Source: the human T2T-CHM13v2.0 reference genome, Homo sapiens. From it: a stretch of 64,000 nt of DNA. The notes below the pieces were generated by a model that ran no database searches, had not been told where the DNA came from, and saw only the letters and a program-made list of their open reading frames with translations. Both the position numbers and the translations under genes were made by a program. Positions 58,195 to 64,000 of this stretch are shown here, piece after piece (position 1 is the first letter of the stretch; each line of letters begins with the position of its first letter). The DNA lies in assembly GCF_009914755.1 (NCBI RefSeq), contig NC_060925.1. One strand, written 5' to 3'.

Positions 58195-60930
58195 ATGAGT
58201 TCGGCGCCGGCCTCAGGCTCCGTGCGCGCGCGCTATCTTGTGTACTTCCAGTACGTGGGCACCGACTTTAAGTAGGTTTCCCAGGCGCAGCGGCGGGCGC
58301 CACGTGGGCCCGGGCGGAGGCGGGAAGGAGGGCGCGGGCGGGCAGGCGGATGTCTCTGGACGCGGGTTCCAAACGTTCGGGGAAGGAAGCGGCCCTGGCC
58401 TCAGACGGCGGCGGAGACCCCAGGGCAGGGCGCCCCCGGTAACCTCCGCCCGCTTCTGCCCGCAGCGGGGTCGCGGCCGTCAGGGGCACTCAGCGCGCCG
58501 TCGGGGTCCAGAACTACCTGGAGGTGCGCTCAGCCGGTCACGGGACGCCCGGTGAGGGGTAAGGGGGAGGCTCCCGCCCGCGCGTCCCCGGGGTCCGGCC
58601 TCGCTCACCCGCCCGCCCCGCGGCTCGGTCCTGCAGGAGGCCGCCGAGCGGCTGAATTCCGTGGAGCCGGTCAGGTTCACCATCTCCAGCCGCACGGACG
58701 CCGGGGTCCACGCCCTGAGCAACGCGGCGCACCTGGACGTCCAGCGCCGCTCAGGCCGGCCGCCCTTCCCGCCCGAGGTCCTGGCCGAGGCCCTCAACAC
58801 ACACCTGCGGCACCCGGCCATCAGGTGAGCCCGCGACCTAAGCAGCCCTGGGGCTGTGCCTTCCCGACTCCATCTGTCGCGGGCGGAGGCTGGAGATCTG
58901 GACAGACTTCCTTGTCTGGTCGGAGCTCGAGGGGGAAGGAGAGCCAATGTGACACCGCGGGCGGGCGGGGTCGTTCCTCCGGTGAGCTTTACCTGCCGCC
59001 ATAGGGTCCTGCGGGCCTTCCGAGTGCCCAGCGACTTCCACGCTCGTCACGCAGCCACGTCCCGGACCTACCTGTACCGCCTGGCCACTGGCTGTCACCG
59101 GCGTGATGAGCTGCCGGTGTTTGAACGCAACCTATGCTGGACTCTCCCGGCAGAGTGAGTGTGGCCCTGACAGCGGGGAGGGGGCGGGCAGGCCGGCCCC
59201 ACCCTCCTGACGGTCACCCTGGTCCCTGAAGCTGCCTGGATATGGTCGCCATGCAGGAAGCCGCCCAGCACCTCCTCGGCACACACGACTTCAGCGCCTT
59301 CCAGTCCGCTGGCAGCCCGGTGCCGAGCCCCGTGCGAACGCTGCGCCGGGTCTCCGTTTCCCCAGGCCAAGCCAGCCCCTTGGTCACCCCCGAGGAGAGC
59401 AGGTGAGGAAGGGCCCCTGGGCTGTGGCCCTGCCCTCAAGTCACGTGCTGATTTTAGCTCCAGCACCTCCCCCAGTTTTAAGGCAAGGTGAGGCGGGAGG
59501 CAGGCAGCCGGGAGTCCTCAGGACCTGGACAGCTGGAGAGGATTCGCCCGGACGCCCCCCAGCCTCCAGCTGTGCCCTCCCCCCAGGCTGGGGAGCGGAG
59601 AACAGGGAAGGCTGCTTGTCTCTGAAAAACCCCTGCCATGCCTGATGGAAGAATGTTGGCAGCTACTGGAAAGGTCTCACTGGTGCCAGTGGTTCTGGTG
59701 GGGTGGTTTCTGCTGCCCCCAGCACTGTCCCGAGGGCCACCCACCAGGTGGCAGCTTCTGACCAGAACCTCCCCTATTGGGGTGAGCCCTGAAGGGGGGA
59801 AGAACTTCTGCCAGCCCCAGACTTCTGTGGCAGAGCAGCAGGTACAGGACTGGGGGTCTCTGGCACCCGCACCAGCCACGTTCCCAGACCCTGCACCAGG
59901 ACCCTAGGTGAGGGCCCAGGGCAAGCCCCTCTGGGATGGCCAGGCTACCTGCCCAGCCTCCAGGGTCCTGCTGCCTCCTTGCCCAAGCATTGTTTCTCTG
60001 GTTTTAAGCCCCTCCAATGGGCCTCACTGGGGGCAGGAGATCAGCCAGGGCCCCTGGTGGCCAAGCTAGTGGGAACCAGGCTCGTCTTTAGGCCCACCCT
60101 GTCACTCTCCCGTCCAAGGCCACATAGTAGGCTGAGGATGGCAAACACTGCCCCACAGACACCTACAGGTACGTGTTTTTCCAGGAAGCTGCGGTTCTGG
60201 AACCTGGAGTTTGAGAGCCAGTCTTTCCTGTATAGACAGGTAGGCTCTGTTCTGGGGCCGTCCCCAGGGGGTGGGGCTGAGGGTGGGCAGGCCCCTGTGC
60301 AGTCTTGGCTCTGGGTCGTGGGCGGCTCTGGGTCACAGGTACGGAGGATGACGGCTGTGCTGGTGGGTCACGGGCGGCTCTGGGTCACAGGTACGGAGGA
60401 TGACGGCTGTGCTGGTGGGTCACGGGCGGCTCTGGGTCACAGGTGGCTCTGGGTCACAGGTACGGAGGATGACGGCTGTGCTGGTGGCCGTGGGGCTGGG
60501 GGCTTTGGCACCTGCCCAGGTGAAGACGATTCTGGAGAGCCAAGATCCCCTGGGCAAGCACCAGACACGTGTAGCCCCAGCCCACGGCTTATTCCTCAAG
60601 TCAGTGCTGTACGGGAACCTCGGTAAGAAAAACAGGCACGAGAAGCTCCTGTCATGTGCCCAGTGACTACTGTGGCCGAGGCATGGGGTGGGGGGCCAGG
60701 GGCCACTGACGGCAGCAACTGGGGGTGAAGCAGCCCCCCGCCCAGGGCTGCAGTCCCTCAGGCCAGCCCGTAGCCCGTCCTGGGCTGGCCCACTCCCTGG
60801 TCATGGGAGTGGTCTCAGCGGTGGGGAGGGTGCTGGGCCGGTCTTGCCCCAGGCTGACGCAGGGTCTGGTCCGTCCACAGGTGCTGCCTCCTGCACCCTG
60901 CAGGGGCCACAGTTCGGGAGCCACGGATGA
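58195..60930 (+). CDS. PUSL1: tRNA pseudouridine synthase-like 1 (TruA family), 303 aa; exons 58195-58271, 58466-58523, 58637-58824, 59005-59154, 59232-59402, 60185-60239, 60460-60622, 60881-60930
   Basis: All introns are GT-AG and the exons sum to 912 nt. TruA motifs [18 protein letters not shown] (catalytic Asp), [26 protein letters not shown]. Confidence 0.95.
60320..60487 (+). repeat. 52-bp tandem repeat spanning the PUSL1 exon 7 acceptor
   Basis: ggctctgggtcacag|gtacggaggatgacggctgtgctggtgg with exon-side starts at 60339, 60391 and 60460, plus a partial copy at 60443. Confidence 0.93.
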
Positions 60931-61164
60931 CCCTGGACACTCAAGCCAAAGTTAGGCCACACCAGGCCCAACCCTGTGCTGGTCAAGCCAGGGCAGTCAC
61001 AGCTGCTTGGGGCCCACAGCACTGCTGCCTGGTCTCCACAGTAGCCTCCCTGCCCGGGTCCCAGCACCCTGGATGCCCGTCTCTGTCCCAGGCGGGATGG
61101 GGCACAGTGCAGGACACAGCCATGTACACCAAGAAGAGAGTACCAAGTAGTCTTTTGTTCAGCT

Positions 61165-61170
61165 TTTACT
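61165..61170 (-). terminator. Probable INTS11 polyA signal (variant AGTAAA)
   Basis: tttact on +; I found no canonical hexamer after the stop at 61410. Confidence 0.55.
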
Positions 61171-61206
61171 GGAAACTGCTGTCTAGGACCACCTGCCCTA
61201 ACCAGG

Positions 61207-61212
61207 AATAAA
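61207..61212 (+). terminator. PUSL1 polyA signal AATAAA
   Basis: Followed by the U-rich tract tttgtttctt at ~61235. Confidence 0.85.
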
Positions 61213-61409
61213 GGCAAGACAGCCTGGAGACCAGTTTGTTTCTTCAGCTGCAAACAGCTGCCTGGGCAGGCAGGTGACACAAGGCCTCTGTCCCCAGGGA
61301 TGGGACCTGCAGGGTCTGTTCACCCAGGGCACCCACAGTCCTGAAGTGCAGGCCCAGGGTCTGTCCAGCTGGGAGAGGGCAGAGGTGGCGGCTGGGTGAG
61401 TTGCCGGCC

Positions 61410-63921
61410 TCAGCTGGGGGCCTGGGGGAGGCCCTTCTTCAGCAGAGATGTGAGGAAGCTCCCCAGCTCCTCGTCCTAGGGCAGAGGCAAAAGCATTGTG
61501 GGTGGTGCAGGACAGGGAGGAATGTTGATACCTGTGTTGACCGCGGTGGGGTGGGGGTCACCCCTTACCTGGTAGGTCCAGGAGACCAGCAGCACCTTGG
61601 TGCCTGGGTCCTCAGAAGGGGCGGCGGCCTGGAGGAGGACGGACTCCACAGTCACAGAGCCGTCCGGGAGGTGCTGCACACAGTGGTCCTTCAGGACGCT
61701 GTGGGGAGGCTCGGTGAGACCCTGCCTGGCCTCCAGGGCCCAAGGGAGTGGGGGGGGGGGGGGGCGGGGCCGGGCGCCCACCTCTTGAGGTGGCTGTAGA
61801 CGCGCAATGCCGTCTCCTGCTCCTTGCGTGTGTCATGCAGGTGCACGCGGCAGGTGAAGCGCAGCTGGTGCTCAGCCAGACCCAGCTCTTTGAGGGCTTG
61901 CTCTGAGGACACCAGCCGGAAGTTCTGTGGGGCAGGGACAGGTCAGTGAGCGCAGCAGCGGCCCTCCCCCCTCCAGAGACCGTCCTGGCACTCACGCTGT
62001 CCTTCATGATCAGGGTGCCGTGCAGGAGCCGAGGCTTCTTGGCCTCAGGGAGCAGCCCTGCGGAGGAGGTGGCAGGAGCCATCAATGTGAGGGCCGCTCC
62101 CAGCCGCCTGCCCCGAGCACCCTGCCCTGCCCTGCCCAGCCCGCATACCCTGCGCCATCTCCCGCTTCAGCAGCCCCAGCGAGATGCCTACGGGGATGCT
62201 GGGGCTTGTGGGCAGCGTCACCGTCTCGCCATTGGCCGGCATGTAGCAGTTGACCCCTGGACCCCGGGGGAAGAGAGAGCCTCAGCCCAGGCTGCCCGTG
62301 CTGACCCGAGGTGGGCCCCACGCCGCCCGCCCGGCTGCCTACGGAGCTCCTGCTCGATCTTCTGCTTCAGGAACTCCATCTTCTTGGCCTCGCCATGCAC
62401 CAGCAGCACGCTCTCCGGCTCTGCCTGGCCCACCAGCTGCATGATGCCCTTGGCGTCCGCGTGTGCGCTGAATGACATGTACTCCACCTGCATCTTGACC
62501 TCCAGCTACAGAGGCCACGGGGCGTGGACAGTGGTTACCACCAGGAGGTGCCCCTCGGCCCTGCCAGCCCAGTGCGGGGTCGAGACTCACCACCTGCCGC
62601 CCCTCCATCTCGAGCTTCCGCTGCCCGCTGAGGATCTTGTGGCCGACGGTGCCCTGCACGCAGTAGCCGGGCATGATGACCTGGGGGCAGGCACAGAGCT
62701 CACAGCCAGGGAACTCCAGCCTTGGCACCTCAAGGCCTTGCCCGGGATGCCCCCGCCTGAACCCCTGGAAGCTGTTTCCACCTGCCAGCGGCGCCCGACC
62801 AAGCCTAGCTGCAGACTCCAAAGGGCTCAGGTTTTGGCACAAGACTGTCCAGGGCTGGGCTGGGGCTGTTCTGCCCGAGGTGGACAAGCTGTGTCACAGA
62901 GACTGAGCAGCTCCAGGCGGACATCGCCCCCGTTCCCCAGCAGCAGCAGCCACGTCCCTTGGCCAGCACGAGGCCAAGCCAGTGAGAGCTCAGAGACAGC
63001 ATGGGTGGAAGGACAACCCGTCGGCCTCCAGCTTCCAGATTCCCACACCTCACCATGCCCTCACCATGTTCTTTTCGTTTCCGGCCCATTTCCGGAAGAT
63101 CTGCAGGGACTGCCCAGCGTGCAGCATTCCTGGCGTGGCAAACACAACCTACAGGACACACAGGGCCAGGTGGGGGGTCAGGGCAGCAGATGCCCCCACC
63201 CCCACTGCAGGCCCAAGCCCAGACACCTGCGGAAGACAGGAGACCGACGGGTGTGGATGTGCTGGCCGGCCCTGCCGCGGGCCTCACCATCGGTCCTGGG
63301 TTGTCAGCAAAAGCCCGGTCGAAGGCCTTGATGTGCTTGAACTCAAACATGTTCCTCTGCACAAAAGTCTTGCGGATCTTCTGGTTGGTCCAGGGGATGA
63401 ACAGCTTGTAGTAGTGGTTGGCCTTCTCGGTCAGCCCCGTGGAGAAGTAGATGGGCACCTTCAGGTTCATGCGCTCCCTGGGGACCACCGGCCCAGTCAG
63501 CACAGTGGCCACAGGGGAGAATGCTGCAGGGCAGGACTCGGCCGGGTCACCCCCAACACCCGTGTCTGCACAGCCCACGCACGGGCCAGGTTGAGTCCAG
63601 TCGCGACCACTTGTCCCATTAAGCCCTGCAGCAGCCGGGCTCAGCGGAGAACCAGGAACCCCTACAAGAGCCGCACACGGTGGCGCTGACGGGATGTCAC
63701 AGGCTTCCTGGGGTCACACAGCACACGAGCGGCCCCCCAGGACAGCAGCAAGCAGGGCCAAGATGCCACCGCTACGCTGGACAGGGCTGCCCACCAACTG
63801 GACTGTGTTCAGGCCGGGCCAGGGGCTCCTTAAAGAGCCGTCCTGGCGGCACCTACCAGAAGGTCTCCAGGAGGATGCAGAGCTCCTGGGCGCGGCCCAG
63901 CGCGAACACAGGTATCAGCAC
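61410..63921 (-). CDS. INTS11: Integrator complex subunit 11 (CPSF3L, beta-CASP endonuclease), 3' part only (366 aa); exons 63921-63857, 63477-63288, 63148-63065, 62680-62591, 62505-62343, 62256-62149, 62057-61996, 61924-61782, 61698-61569, 61475-61410; continues beyond the window
   Basis: beta-CASP motifs [49 protein letters not shown]. All introns are GT-AG; 1101 nt in frame to TGA. Confidence 0.96.
62058..62122 (-). ncRNA. MIR6727: Pre-miRNA hairpin (5'-tailed mirtron) ending at the intron AG
   Basis: Minus strand GGGUGCUCGGGGCAGGCGGCUGGGAGCG...UCCUGCCACCUCCUCCGCAG; the 3' end is the INTS11 acceptor in a 91-nt intron. Matches the mir-6727 sequence as I recall it. Confidence 0.85.
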
Positions 63922-64000
63922 CTGAGGGGGACACAAGGCAGGAGCCCTGGGCACATGGCCCCTCGACACAGCAGGCAGCGTCCAGTGAGGGCACGGCCAG

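Overview
Human (primate) GC-rich genomic DNA that I recognise as the chr1p36.33 interval UBE2J2(-) / SCNN1D(+) / ACAP3(-) / PUSL1(+) / 3' part of INTS11(-). I rebuilt the exon chains by hand from splice signals. They close in frame at 259 aa (UBE2J2), 802 aa (SCNN1D long form; a 638-aa form starts at an internal ATG), 834 aa (ACAP3), 303 aa (PUSL1) and 366 C-terminal aa (INTS11). The window also holds two mirtron-type hairpins (MIR6726, MIR6727), a probable C/D snoRNA (SNORD167), two CpG-island promoters, about 25 Alus, a THE1-type LTR, an ERVK-type LTR end and many VNTRs. Main hunt results: (1) a degraded two-LTR MER4-type provirus (22714-27797, AGGG target-site duplication, polypurine tract) whose 5' LTR, read antisense, supplies the ATG and first splice donor of the long SCNN1D isoform; (2) a GC/GT donor pair 4 nt apart, a dual-frame exon and a 94-nt cassette that together form a reading-frame switch for the delta-ENaC N-terminus; (3) a 4.4-kb, nearly A-free intronic VNTR in SCNN1D with a 2338-bp higher-order duplication and no stop codons; (4) tandem duplications that copy real splice sites in PUSL1, ACAP3 and SCNN1D; (5) an in-frame Alu exon in UBE2J2 and a 12-nt ACAP3 microexon. 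No prokaryotic-type system (CRISPR etc.) is present, and the giant ORFs are repeat artefacts. Repeat-family names come from my recall of consensus sequences and need Dfam/RepeatMasker confirmation.
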